A stretch of 64,000 nt of DNA from Octopus vulgaris (lineage: Eukaryota), in the NCBI GenBank assembly GCA_951406725.2, contig OX597836.1, positions 42,594,001-42,658,000 of the forward strand. Direction: 5' to 3'. A model generated the notes under the pieces. It was given only the letters and a program-made list of their open reading frames with translations, was not told the DNA's origin and made no database searches. Shown piece by piece: positions 40,726-54,428 of the stretch. Each line of letters starts with the position of its first letter. Positions within the stretch are counted from its first letter, which is position 1. Both the position numbers and the translations under genes were made by a program.

Positions 40726-42760
40726 CGTAGGAGTGGCTGTGTGGTAAGTAGCTTGCTTACCAACCACATGGTTCCAAGTTCATTCCCACTGCATGGTACC
40801 TTGGGCAAGTGTCTTCTACTATAGCCTCAGGCCGACCAAAGTCTTGTGGGTGGATTTGGTAGATGGAAACTGAAAGAAGCCCGTCATATATATGTATATA
40901 TATATGTGTGTGTGTATATGTGTTTGTGTGTCTGTGTCTGTCCCCCTAACATCGCTTGACAACCGATGCTGGTGTGTTTACGTCCCCGTAACTTAGTGGC
41001 TCGGCAAAAGAGACCGATAGAATAAGTACTAGGCTTACAAAGAATAAGTCCTGGGGTCGATTTGCTTGACTAAAGGCGGTGCTCCAGCATGGCCACAGTC
41101 AAATGACTGAAACAAGTAAAAGATTTAAAGAGCAATTGCACCATCCACCCGACTTTGTTTCTTCAAAACTTTCAGAGCTAATGATGTATTATATGATGGA
41201 CTCTGCCATTGTAGGCGACATAGGGGTGTCCAGCTTTTGCCAAGCAATCTGCTCAAGCAATTTGTTTATAGTATTGAAATATATGTGTCGTACATTAGCT
41301 CATTCCCTCCATTAAAGTGACATTGCCTGATTTCGTACTGTTTTGTTTAATAATTGAGCTTTGTTACATATTAATTCGCTATGAGAGTGGGGTGCAAAGA
41401 GCACCATATGAGTGTGATCGTTTGACAGAGTGGCTAACCGGCTTCCGTGCCAGTGGCACATAAAAGGGCACCATCCAAGTGTGATCATTACCAGCGTCGC
41501 CTTACTGGCACTTGTGCCCATGCTAGTAGGGTGCCAAGAGCACCATCTGAGCATGATCGTTGCCAGAGCAGCCAACTGGCTTCCGTACCTGTGGCATGTA
41601 AAATGCCACCATTCGAGCATGATCGTTACCAGCGTCGCTTCACTGGCACCTGTGCCGGTGGCATGTGTAAAAAGATTCGAGCGAGGTCATTGCCAGTACC
41701 GCCTGACTGGCCCCCGTGCCAGTGGTATATAAAAAGCACCCACTACACTCTCGGAGTGGTTGGTATTAGGAAGGGCATCCAACTGTAGAAACTCTGCCAG
41801 ATCAAGATTGGAGCCTGGTGCAGCCATCTGGTTCGCCAGACCTCAGTCAAAACCGTCCAACCCATGCTAGTATGGAAAGCGGACGCTAAACGATGATGAT
41901 GATGATGGTGATGTTGAAAGCATCATAGTATCAACCGAGTTACTAGGTCAAAGATTGTGTTGCTTGAATGATATAAGCGTTATTAAGGTTGCGAGCTGTC
42001 AGAAACGTTAGCACGTCGGACGAAATGCATAGCCGTATTTCGTCTGCAGTTACGTTCTGAGTTCAAATTCCGTCGAGATCGACTTTGCCTTTCATCCTTT
42101 CAGGGTCGATAAAATAAGTTCCAGTTGCGCACTGGGGTCAATATAATCGACTTAATCCATTTGTCTGTCCTTGTTTGTCCCCTCTGTGTTTAGCCCCTTG
42201 TCGGTACTAAAGAAATAGGTATTTCGTCTGCCGTTACGTTCTGAGTTCAAATTCCGCCAAGGTCGACTTTGTCTTTCATCCTTTCGGGGTCGATAAATTA
42301 AGTACCAATTACGCACTGGGGTCGATATAATCGTCTTAATCCGTTTGTCTGTCCTTGTTTGTCCCCTCTGTGTTTAGCCCCTTGTGGGTAGTAAAGAAAC
42401 AGATATAAGCATTATATATCTTTCCACAATCCAAATAATTACTGTCTATTTTGAACACTTTTTTGTAAACTGTTTAAACACAAAGCCTCTCTTTATCATT
42501 GTCAAAGATTCTGTTTCTTTACATCTTCTCATCATTGTCAAAGACTATCTCACTGTATTTTAATCCATCTTTGTTAATTAATTTTTAGCACCACAAAAGC
42601 TACACGAAGTCTTGCATTTTACTTTTGAAAATCTTTTTTTTTTTTAATAAGTGAAACTGGTTAAGTTAATAAACATCTTTAAAAGACCCCTGCATTTTCA
42701 AATCCTCTTCACTATATTAGTAAAGTTGTTGATTATATATTATTAACGAATAACAAATAA

Positions 42761-43182
42761 AAGGCGGCGAGCTGGCAGAATCGTTAGCACGCCGGGCGAA
42801 ATGCTTAGCTGTATTTCGTCTGTCGCTATGTTCCGAGTTCAAATTCTGCCGAGGTCGACTTTGCCTTTTATCCTTTCGGGGGTCGATAAATTAAGTACCA
42901 GTTACGCACTGGGGTCTATGTAATCGACTTGATCCCTTTGTCTGTCCATGTTTGTCCCCTCTGTGTTTAGTCCCCTTGTGGGTAATAAAGAAATTGGTAT
43001 TTCGTCTGCCGCTACGTTCTGAATTCAAATTCCGCCAAGGTCGACTTTGCCTTTCATCCTTTCAGGGTTGATAAATTAAGTACCAGTTACGCACTGGGGT
43101 CGATGTAATCGACTTGATCCCTTTGTCTGTCCTTATTTGTCCCCTCTGTGTTTAGCCCCTTGTGGGTAGTAAAGAAATAGGT
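42761..43182 (+). mobile_element. Dimeric SINE family 1
   Basis: Head plus two body units. A similar dimer lies at 41986-42400. Confidence 0.85.
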
Positions 43183-44419
43183 ATATATTAACAAATAACT
43201 TCAGGTAAAAAAACAGAAGGTATCCCATGGGAACTACATGCTGAAATTCCCAAATTTCTCAAAAAAATTCTGGAAGTATGGCTTAGTACTTTTTTTTCTT
43301 AAACTTATTCTATTAGTCTCTTTTTATTGAACTGCTTTCATCTACTGTAAGTAGAAGATGCTTGCCCAAGGTGCCATGCAGTGGGACTGAACCCAGAACC
43401 ATGTGATTGGGAAGCAAGCTACTTACCACACAGCCTCACCTGCTCCTAAAGACACCACCACCACCACCACAAAGAATTGATATCTTAAAACCAAAGTGCC
43501 ATGTTAAAAAGCATTGGTGTGGGTGCTGGTGCACTTGTGGTGGTGCCACTCTGTAAAATGGTTGGTGTTAGGAAGGGCGTTAGGCTGTAGAGATCAAGCC
43601 GTAACAGACTATGGAACCTTGTGTGGCCCATGGCCTTGCCAGTTCCTGTCAAGCCGTCCAACTCATACCAGCATGGAAAACAGTTTTTAAAGGATGATAA
43701 TGATGATGGTGATTCACACATACACACACGTGCATATATATATATATATATATATTTACATATGTATATATACATACATACACACACACACACACACATA
43801 TATATATGTATATACTTATATATACCGGAGTAAACACATAAATGTGAAACAAGGTGGAAAAAGAGTACTCAAATACCAGTGGTAGACTAATATGCTTTAT
43901 TGAAAGCAGCGGAAAATTCAACAAAACCTATTACTCTGAGTTTCACGAGACCTTTGAAAGTATGCTGTGTGTGAGAAGACCCGGCAGGACAAGTGAGACC
44001 ATAACCCGTGGCCTCTGCCTGGGATGTAGCCAGTTCACTTATGCATACCTTCCTTCTTGGGACACAAAACTCTGCTTTGCGAAGACCATGTTGAGGCAAG
44101 TGAAATCGAAATCGATCAAAAATCAATGGAAATTGTAGTTGTGATACCAGTGCCGGTGGCACGTAAAAGGAACCATCCGAACGTAGCTGTTGCCAGCGCT
44201 GCCTCGAATGGCCTCCATACCGGTGGCACGTAAAAAGCACCAACCGATCCTAGCTGTTGCCAGCCTCGCCTGGCACCTGTGCCAGTGGCACATAAAAAGC
44301 ACCCACTGCACTCACAGAGTGGTTGGCGTTAGGAAGGGCATCCAGCTGTAGAAACACTGCCAGATCAAGACTGGAGCCTGGTGCTAGCCACTATACATTC
44401 TTTATTTTCTTACCGTGTC

Positions 44420-44457
44420 TCTTTCTGTGGAAGAGCGTCGGCTCGAAACGTTAAAGA
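44420..44457 (+). ncRNA. Hammerhead-like motif with non-canonical core
   Basis: tcttt CTGTGGAA gagc-gtcg-gctc GAAA cgt T aaaga: stems I-III form but the core deviates from CUGANGA. Confidence 0.35.
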
Positions 44458-44630
44458 CTTTTTCATTTCCTGAGCATTATACTAATATGTCTGTTTGTTG
44501 TCTACACCACCTGTCTTCATCTTTTTTTTTTTTGTGAATTCTTCCCCTATTTATATATATATGTACACACACACATATATATATATATTCTTGTGTGTGT
44601 ATTTATAATGTAAATTTTTCATATTTCAGT

Positions 44631-44810
44631 ATGGCAACACCATATCGATTACCGTCCAATTACATGAGACAGCAAGGCAATTCTGGCAGACACTTTGTTG
44701 GACGACATGATGAGAGGGAAAAACTGAAGATCTTGATCAAGGATGAAGATACTCAAATAATACAAGTTTATGGACTGCCTTATGTTGGCAAAACAAGTCT
44801 TGTGAAAACT
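44631..44810 (+). CDS. NB-ARC/STAND-TPR gene copy B, coding exon 1 (FVGR and Walker A GLPYVGKTS)
   Basis: ttcag|tATG ... AAAACT|gtaaga, 180 nt, phase 0. The FVGRxxE...hhxhhGxxxxGKT pattern is typical of STAND NTPases. Confidence 0.88.
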
Positions 44811-45708
44811 GTAAGAAATTTACTATTGTTTTCTCTTTTCTTTACGTTAACCTTATTGCATTTTGCCTTTCTGTAGGTTATTAGGGATCCTTGAGGTTTA
44901 CAGTTAAGTTACTGACTAAAGAGAAAAGCATTTCTGGTTCAATCCCATACAATGGCAGTCACTGAAGTCTTTGTACTGTTTGGTGAGTTGGTGGTTGACC
45001 TATGATCAAAGGTATTTCTCTTGTAACCATCCTGTCTATTTAAAGGTGTGAAAGACTACATTCTTGAATGTATCCTGTTCTATGTTATAAAAAAGAGGTG
45101 CAGTTTGAGAGAGATTTGACTGCTTTTTCTAGTAGATTGGCTTGACAGTGCAGGTTCTTGTTTGGCTGCAGGCCAACCCTGATTGAGACTCAATGAAAGG
45201 CATTCTATCTGTGCCTATAGATATATTATCATATCCACAGAATGTAGTAGGTGCTTTTAATGTGGGACAAGTGGGCGTTAAATGATGATGATGACGATGA
45301 GTTAAATAGCCAGAGAGATAAATGAAGTTATTGATGGGTAGAAGAATATATGTAGAGACTAGTTAATTGATAGACAGAGAATGAGAGAGAGAGAGATGAA
45401 ATAAGAGATGGATAGTAAAAGAGATGAAGCAACTGTGTAATTAATAGAAAGATCATTAACGAGATAGAATGGCAAAGTGACAAACTGTTATCCAGAAAGA
45501 TACTTAGACAAACTGTAAGGTGAATATGAAGGAATATAAAGGATACCCTGAACTAATGCATAGATAAAAGAACAGACAAAGAGACAGTTATTGAGAGAGA
45601 ATTATAAAGTCAGACAGAGAAAGAGACAAAGTAAGAGACCGATAAATTCATAAGTGAATCTATGGAAATCTTTGAACTTGTTCTAATGTTATGTTTCTAA
45701 TATGACAG

Positions 45709-46734
45709 GTCTGTCAAGAATTGAAGGATGAAATCAACCCCGAAAGACTCCACATAAAACACATCCATATTTCTAATAATAGCAGTTGGTCTGATATTTC
45801 CAACATGTACAATACATTCACCAATTGTTCCAGTATCACCAACACGAAATGGAAAATTTGTATTTTTGATGATTTCCAGAACATTCAAGAAAGCTTCCTT
45901 CCAGGTTTCCAGGAGCTTTGCGACAATGACTTTCCACTGCACATAAATCTAAAAATCATTCTCATATTAAGTGGTGGAAAACCATTTCAGTTTGATGGAA
46001 TCAGGTTTGGAAAGTGTAAAGTGAGTCCATTGTCCATTGGAGATGCCCAGCTTCTTTTCGGTCGCTGTTCAGACATTGAGTCGGATGATGAGAACAAAGA
46101 ACAAATACACAACATCATCAGATATGCCTGTGGCCTGCCAGGACTTCTTATTTACTTTGCAGAAAAATTCTCCCAGTTTCGTCATAATTTCTCTTTTAAT
46201 GATATCTACAAAATGATTTGTGATGAAACCAAGCTCAATGACTGGCTGGACGAATGTACAATTAACAGACGTAATATCAAGCAAGAAATGGACAAGTACT
46301 TTTCTCAACTCTCTCACAAACAGCAAGAAGCTATCAAAGTGCTTTCATATTTTCCTGGAAGATTTGGTATTGAGGAAGCTGTTGAAATGACTGATTCTTC
46401 TAGTCAACCAGCTTCAATGATACGTGTTCTGATGCCGCTTGTTGAACAAGGTTTAATCAGTTCAGATTTAGAATTACAGACTTTTCAAGTGCAACAGTTA
46501 GTACGTGTACTTTCTATGCAACAGATAGACAATGTACACAGCAATGATTTGGTAAAGCTCAAATATACAAACATTATTGGGAAAAGTCTGATGAAGGCTC
46601 AAGATATTTATGATAAAGGCCTCATATATGAAGCACTCGGAATAATGAAGAACAACTGGGAAAATATTTCATTTCTGATGAAGAAAGGGATTGATGCACC
46701 CTCAGATGGTAGGACATATGGAGTTTATTATGAG
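45709..46734 (+). CDS. Copy B coding exon 2 (NTPase core and winged helix)
   Basis: gacag|GTC ... GAG|gtaaga, 1026 nt. About 21 aa differences from copy A by hand count. Confidence 0.9.
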
Positions 46735-49432
46735 GTAAGATATTTTGTCCTTAACAACGTGTCTTGTATCTTGTATTGTAAGTCAGTCTTTCATATGTCG
46801 CATTTTAGTTTAACCTGTGTTATATCTTCCCACATCTTTACCATTGGTTCTCAATTGAGGGCCATATGGCCCATAGGGGTCCATATAAGAGTTTGCTGTT
46901 GTTAAAATATATCAGCAAGAAATTGGTTATACTTCGACAATACACAAAATATTTCAACAATTTTTTAATACAATTCTTAATAATATTTAATTACAAAAAT
47001 ATATTTTTTAAACATCAAATGTCTAGGATGGTCCAGTAGAGTAGAAAAGCAATCAAAGGGGTCTATAGGTAAAAAACGGTCGAGAAACCCTGCTGTAAGC
47101 TCGGCTTAGGGTCTCTTCTGCCCCTTCTTACAAATCCTTTTTGGTTACATCTTATTCTGTCTTGTATTACTTTTATTTGGGTTTTTTTTTCTGTTACATC
47201 TTAATCTGCACTCCGGCTACCTTGGACTAAGTGTCACTCAGAATATATTAGGTCAGACTCACTCCTAGTTCATCAAACTCAGTCTCTTAGACATTTTCAG
47301 TCTATCCTACTTTCTGTTTCTGTCTGTTCAGATCTGAGTCTGACTCAGTATATCACGTATCAGACCTCATTTGGTTATGATCCAAGATACACAATCCACT
47401 GTATTACATTGTACTTATCATCGCTAGTAAGACACCAAACTATGCTGTCTAGTAGTAGTAGTATTAGTTGTAGTAGCAGTGTTAATAGTCCTGTAGTGAT
47501 GGAACCACTAATTCTATTGAAGCAGGGACTAACCGAAAGACAACCTTAGAGAGTAGTATGGTATAACAGAGAGACATGGTATCACAATAGCGTCTACTCT
47601 TTGTTTCAGTCATTTGACTGTGGCCATGCTGGAACACCGCCTTTAGTTGAGTAAATCAACCCAAGACTTAATCTTTGTAAACCTAGTACGTATTCTATCA
47701 GTCTCTTTTGCTGAACCGCTAAGTTACGGGGACGTAGACACACCATCAGTTGTCAAGCAATGTTGGGGGGACAAACACAGACACACAAACATATACACAC
47801 ACACATATATATACATATATACGACAGGCTTTGTTCAGTTTCCATCTACCAAATCCACTCACAAGGCTTTGGTCGACCCGAGGCTATAGTAGAAGACACT
47901 TGCCCAAGGTACTACGCAGTGGGACTGAACCCGGAACCATGTGGTTGGTAAACAAACTACTTACCACACAGCCACTCCTAAGCCTAAAGTAGTATTACAA
48001 TGTGGTAATACATGGTATTACAATAAAAGTTTATGTCGCAAAGTAAGGTGATTGGAGTTCAGTTTGATAATTACCAGAATCCAGCGTCTTGTAGACATGA
48101 TAAACGAAAGCCATAAACATGACTTTTTGGTTAATGAATTTGTGTGTTTATTAGTGAGGTCTCTAATGACATGAGGCAAAATATTAAGTCAGCTGGTTGT
48201 ATTTAGTTACCTCTATGTTCTGGGTTCAATTCCAACCACTGTCAACTTTACTGTTCATCCTTCCAAGTGATGAACTCTTTTACTCACAAGTGAGCATCAA
48301 AATGATGATGGTGACACGTAAAAGCACCATCCGTTCATGGCCGTTTGCCAGGTCCGTCTGGCACCTGTTGCGGGTGGCACGTAAAAAGCACCCACTACAC
48401 TCACGGAGTGGTTGGCGTTAGGAAGGACATTCAGCCGTAGAAACACTGCCAGATCTGACTGGGCCTGATGCGGCCTTCCGGCTTCACAGACCCCAGTTGA
48501 ACCGTCCAACCCATGCTAGCATGGAAAACGGACGCTAAATGATGAAAATGATGATGATGAGGAGGAGGAGGAGGAGGAGGAGGAAAATTATAATGACGAT
48601 GATGAGTCAAATAGTGAGAGAGATAGAGGAAGTTATTGATGGCTAGAAGAACATGCATAGAGACCAGTTAATAGATAGGCAGAGAGTCAGAGAGCGAGAG
48701 ATGAAATAAGAGATGGAGTGTAAAAGAGATAAAGAGACTGTGATTAATAGAAAGTTAAACAGCAGGAGTGGCTGTGTGGTAAGTAGTTTGTTTACCAGCC
48801 ACATGGTTCCGGGTTCAGTCCCACTGCATGGCACCTTGGGTAAGTGTCTTCTACTATAGCCTCGGACCGACCAAAGCCTTGTGAGTGGATTTGGTAGACG
48901 GAAACTGAAAGAAGCCCATCATATATATGTATATATGTATATGCGTGTGTGTGTTTGTGTGTCTGTGTTTGTCCCCCTAGCATTGCTTGACAACCGATGC
49001 TGGCGTGTTTATGTCCCCGTTACTTAGCGGTTCAGCAAAAGAGACCGATAGAATAAGTACTGGGCTTACAAAGAATAAGTCCTGGGGTCGATTTGCTTGA
49101 CTAAAGGCGGTGCTCCAGCATGGCCGCAGTCAAATGACTGAAACAAGTAAAAGAGAGAGAGAGAGAGACAAATTGACAAACCTATCTTTCTAGAAAGATG
49201 CTTAGACAAATCGCTAGATGAATATAAAGGAAATTACTTAGATTGCTTAACGAATTTGTGTGTAAATCAGTGAGGTCTGCAATGAGATGAGGCGAAATAT
49301 TAAGTCAGCTGATAGTATTTAGTTACCTTTCTTTATGTTCTGGGTTCAATTCACACCACTGCCAACTTTACTGTTCATCCTTCTGGGTGAAGAACTCTTT
49401 TACTCACTGAACTCCATTCTGTCTTTTATTCT

Positions 49433-50020
49433 TCCTCGTCTGGCACCTGTGTCGGTGGCACATAAAAAAACACCATCCGAGCGTGGCCATTCGCCAGCCT
49501 CGTCTGGCACCTGTGTCGGTGGCACATAAAAAACACCATCCGAGCATGGCCGTTCGCCAGCCTCGTCTGGCACCTGTGTTGGTGGCACATAAAAAACACC
49601 ATCCGAGTGTGGCCGTTCGCCAGCCTTGTCTGGCACCTGTGTCGGTGGCACATAAAAAACACCATCCGAGCGTGGCCGTTCACCAGCCTCGTCTGGCACC
49701 TGTGTCGGTGGCACATAAAAAACACCATCCGAGCGTGGCCATTCGCCAGCTTTGTCTGGCACCTGTGTTGGTGGCACATAAAAAACACCATCCGAGCGTG
49801 GCCGTTCGCCAGCCTCGTCTGGCACTTGTGTTGGTGGCACATAAAAAACACCATCCGAGCGTGGCCGTTCGCCAGCCGCGTCTGGCACCTGTGTCGGTGG
49901 CACATAAAAAACACCATCCGAGCGTGGCCGTTCGCCAGCCTCGTCTGGCACCTGTGTTGGTGGCACATAAAAAACACCATCTGAGCGTGGCCGTTCGCCA
50001 GCCTCGTCTGGCACATAAAA
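49433..50020. repeat. 63-bp minisatellite (~9 copies) within a (GAT)n-tailed SINE-like element
   Basis: Unit cctcgtctggcacctgtgtcggtggcacataaaaaacaccatccgagcgtggccgttcgccag. Related arrays at 41420-41740, 44150-44310 and 58680-59130. Confidence 0.92.
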
Positions 50021-51976
50021 AGCACCCACTACATTCACGGAGTGGTTGGCGTTAGGAAGGGCATCCAGCTGTAGAAACACTGCCAGATCAGACTGGGCCT
50101 GGTGCAGCCTTCTGGCTTCCCAGACCCCAGTTGAACCGTCCAACCCATGCTAGCATGGAAAGCGGACGCTAAACGATGATGATGATGATGATTCTTCCAG
50201 GAATCAGTTTAATATTCTTAGAATGTTTTGCACTATTTGTTTCCTGGCTCCTCCAGAGGTCAACTTTGCCTTCCATTCTTTTGGAACCTGATGAAATAAA
50301 GTACCAGTCAAGTACTGGGGGACTTATGATACTGACCAAACCCCTACACTCAAATTTGCTGACCTTGTGCTTAAGCCAGAAGCCGTGGTTTTTCCTACCA
50401 ACTCTTTATGCTTTGAGTTCAATATTACAATCTATCCTTCCAAGTAAATTACTCATTTTAGTACTCTTTACTCCTTTTACTCTTTTACATGTTTCAGTCA
50501 TTTGACTGCGGCCATACTGGAGCACCGCCTTTAGTCGAGCAAATCGACCCCGAGACTTATTCTTTGTAAGCCCAGTACTTATTCTATCGGCCGTCTCTTT
50601 TGCCGAACCACTAAGTAACGGGGACATAAACACACCAGCATCGGTTGTCAAGCAATGCTAGGGGGACAAACACACACACATACATACATATACATGTATA
50701 CATATATACGACAGGCTTCTTTCAGTTTCCGTCTACCAAATCCACTCACAAGGCATTGGTCGGCCCGGGTCTATAGCAGAAGACACTTGCCCAAGATGCC
50801 ACGCAGTGAGACTGAACCCGGAACCATGTGGTTGGTTAGAAAGCTACTTACCACACAGCCACTCCTGCACCTATATATATATATACATATATACATATAT
50901 ACGACAGGCTTCTTTCAGTTTCCGCCTACCAAATCCACTCACAAGGCATTGGTCGGCCCGGGGCTATAGCAGAAGGCACTTGCCCAAGATGCCACACAGT
51001 GGGACTGAACCTGGAACCATGTGGTTGGTTAGCAAGCTACTTACCACACAGCCACTCCTTTTATTGTTCCAGCAGTGGCGGTGGTGAGGGTGAGGATAAA
51101 ATAAGGTTACAGTCATAGTCAAGTATTGGAATCAGTCTAAAATTGTTGGACATAAATGAAATTATAACAAAAGACGGGACCTTAGACTTTTGATCTTCCT
51201 TTAAAATTGATAGTTCCTCGTTTGGTAGATAGGGGGAATCATAAGAACATCAGACAAAATGCCTCCTAGCATTTGTTAAATCTCTTTACAGTCTGGGTTC
51301 AGTTCTCACCAAGGTCACCTCTGTCCTTAATGACTCCAGACTGGAGCCTGGTGCAGCCTCCTGGCTTCCCAGACCCTGATCGAACCGTCCAACCCATGCT
51401 AGCATGGAAAACGGACGTTAAACGATGATGATGATGATGATGATGTCTGTCCCATTGCATGTCTGAAATCATTTGTATTTTTGCGGGGAACAATTATAAA
51501 TCTTAATCTGTGATTTAAGAAACACTCTTTACTCTTTTACTTGTTTCAGTCATTTGACTGCAGCCATGCTGGAGCACCACCTTTAGTCGAGCAAATCGAC
51601 CCGGGACTTATTCTTTGTAAGCCCAGTACTTATTCTATCGGTCTCTTTTGCCGAACCACTAAGGTTACGGGGACGTAAACACACCAGCATTGGTTGTCAA
51701 GCAATGCTAGGGGGACAAACACAGACACACAAAGATATACACACACACACTTATATATATATACATATATACGACAGGCTTCTTTCAGTTTCCATCTACC
51801 AAATCCACTCACAAGGCATTGGTCGGCCCGGGGCTATAGCAGAAGATACTTGACCAAGATGCCACGCAGTGGGACTGAACCCGGAACCATGTGGTTGGTA
51901 AGCAAGCTACTTACCTCACAGCCACTCCTGCGCCTACTTGTTACTTGTTTCTTTTTCTTTTTTCTTTTTCTTTCAG

Positions 51977-52133
51977 ATAGCATTCAAAGCTTCCGATATG
52001 TTGATGATATGCCACCCTAGAGATTCCAGACAGTTTTTCGAAGCCTGTCTACAAAACTCCCTGTTATTTGGCAATGAAGAAGAACAAGCTTTCATGAAGA
52101 TAACATATGGTGTATCTTTGACAGATTTACCAG
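51977..52133 (+). CDS. Copy B coding exon 3
   Basis: ttcag|ATA ... CCAG|gtatga, 157 nt, homologous to 5394-5550. Confidence 0.88.
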
Positions 52134-52175
52134 GTATGATATAATGTGGCAATCTTGGTTAGGATGAATGTTACT

Positions 52176-52443
52176 GTTATATAGCCCCAGGAAACATCGT
52201 CTCCAGCTGGCTATCAACATACTATCTATGTCCTTATATTTTCGAACAAGGATTTAGTGGCGCCATCTCTAGCCAAGCAGTTACTCTGTGCTGATGAAGG
52301 GAAATAACCCATGAACCATTGGTACCCAGATATTGCTCTGAGCTGAGTGGGGAGACTAAGCTCCCTTGTTTGAAAACATAAGGATGCAGATAGTGCATTT
52401 ATAGCCAACTGGAGGCAATGTTTCCTGGGGCTAAATAACTGTA
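52176..52443. mobile_element. MITE with ~75-bp imperfect TIRs
   Basis: tagccccaggaaacat...ccttatattttcgaacaagg / ccttgtttgaaaacataagg...atgtttcctggggcta. Confidence 0.75.
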
Positions 52444-52446
52444 ACA

Positions 52447-52990
52447 TTGATGATGGTGAAGTTTCCTTATGTTGAATTGATGACGGTAAACTTTCCCTTC
52501 GGTGAATTGATGACGGTGAACTTTCCCTTCGGTGAATTGATGACGGTGAACTTTCCCTTCAGTGAATTGATGACGGTGAACTTACCCTTCAGTGAATTGA
52601 TGACGGTGAATTTTCCCTTCGGTGAATTGATGACGGTGAATTTACCTTTCGGTGAACTGATGACGGTGAACTTTCCTTTCAGTAAATTGATGACAGTGAC
52701 TTTCCCTTCAGTGAATTGATGACGGTGAACTTTCCCTTCGGTGAATTGATGACGGTGAATTTACCCTTCGGTGAATTGATGACGGTGAACTTTCCCTTCG
52801 GTGAATTGATGACGGTGAACTTTCCCTTCGGTGAATTGATGACGGTGAACTTTCCCTTCGGTGAACTTTCCCTTCGGTGAATTGATGACGGTGAACTTAC
52901 CCTTCGGTGAATTGATGACGGTGAACTCTCCCTTTGGTGAATTGTTGACAGTGAACTTTCCCTGCAGTCAATTGACGGCAGTAAACTTAC
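52447..52990. repeat. 30-bp minisatellite (~18 copies)
   Basis: Unit ggtgaattgatgacggtgaactttcccttc. Confidence 0.95.
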
Positions 52991-53383
52991 TGGACATGGT
53001 TATAGACTATTTACCATTTCCGTGGTTCCTCCGTCTCCCCTTTTGATGTCCTAAGCATATGCTTATTTTGCTTAATGGTTAATCCAACCTAATGGTTAAT
53101 CTACAACTGTGCAACTATATCTGTTCTCTTGTGTTTGCAACAGATTGCTGTTTTCACTGAAATTTTCCACTAGTATATTTTGTTTTTAAATTTGTAGATA
53201 CTTCCTAATTCTAGTTCTTGTGTACTTTTGGTATAGCTGTCAGGACAATCCTTCCTCTATATAGTATTGTAAACCTTACATTGAGTTGCAGTTTTTGTGA
53301 AGGATCTTGCTGTTGTCATTGTAGATGTTATTATTACTTTGGGCATCATTATGACACAAAATATTTTCTTGGGTTTTCCACAG

Positions 53384-53531
53384 GTTATGGAGGATACAAA
53401 GAAGCCATGGTGTACTACAAGAAGGCCATGGATGTATTGAAATCTAGAAACATCCAGTACCGACAGATGCTGCTGTACAATAGCATGGCTTACAATGCCT
53501 ATATGCGAGGCAATTATGTGGAAGCCTTGAA
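53384..53531 (+). CDS. Copy B coding exon 4 (TPR-like)
   Basis: cacag|GT ... TTGAA|gtatgt, 148 nt, homologous to 9906-10053. Confidence 0.87.
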
Positions 53532-53921
53532 GTATGTTATACAAGTCATATTAATCTCCTCCATCTTTCTCCCTCATTAGATTCTCTGTCTGTCTTTTCT
53601 TAAACTATCTCTTTATCATACCTATATATCTTATCCTGTTTCTCAACCTCTTGTTCTCTGATTCACCATTTCTCTTTCCTTGAATTGAAATTTTCCACCA
53701 AACCTTAGTCACAATTTATGTTCCTAACACTAGCTTAACGATAACTAAGTTATTCTACAAAATTCTTTGTTATATTTAAAGTAATTGAAAGAAACATAGA
53801 TCATCTCAAAATAAATACAGTAACAAAAGGGTTCAGTCAAATGTATCTTCAATTTGCACAAGATTTGACTGCTATTTCTAACAAGTCCAAACAACTGTGT
53901 GAAACAAAATCTGCAAATTAA

Positions 53922-54142
53922 CCCTTTTCATACCAACCCGGCTGATACCGCTTCTGGCTCTGTTGTACAAATGTCTTGTTTTCGTAAGTTTTGAATTAAA
54001 ATCTTCCACCAAACCTTAGTCACAATTTATGTTCCTAACACTAGCTTAACGATAACTAAGTTATTTTACTAAATTCTTTGTTATATTTAAAGTAATTGAA
54101 AGAAACACAGAGCATCTCTGAATAAATACAGTAACGAAAGGG
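53922..54142. mobile_element. piggyBac-type MITE
   Basis: TTAA|ccctttt ... aaaggg|TTAA. Partial second copy at 53681-53834. Confidence 0.8.
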
Positions 54143-54390
54143 TTAAACAACCCTTGTTCAGTGACCTTTTGAGCAGCATGGGTTACTCGACCTGAAGAAA
54201 ATTCCTACTGGGCTCCACCTGCAAGGTCATGCACTTTTTATCTTGATATGAGATTACCATGTTGCGCACATATGGTTGTGATACATATGTCAGGTGTACC
54301 CTTATATGACGGGTAGTCATGCTGGGTATATTGGGCTTCTCATATTTGTACTCCAGTGACACTTGATGGCATACGCTGCTCTCTCATTCA

Positions 54391-54428
<38 letters not shown>

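Noticed and set aside
49400-50143. Several long repeat ORFs with a 21-aa period
   Set aside because: By-product of a 63-bp minisatellite that is open in many frames on both strands, intronic and inside a SINE-like element.
52447-52990. CRISPR-like look of the 30-bp array
   Set aside because: Units are contiguous with no unique spacers, no cas genes, and the context is eukaryotic.
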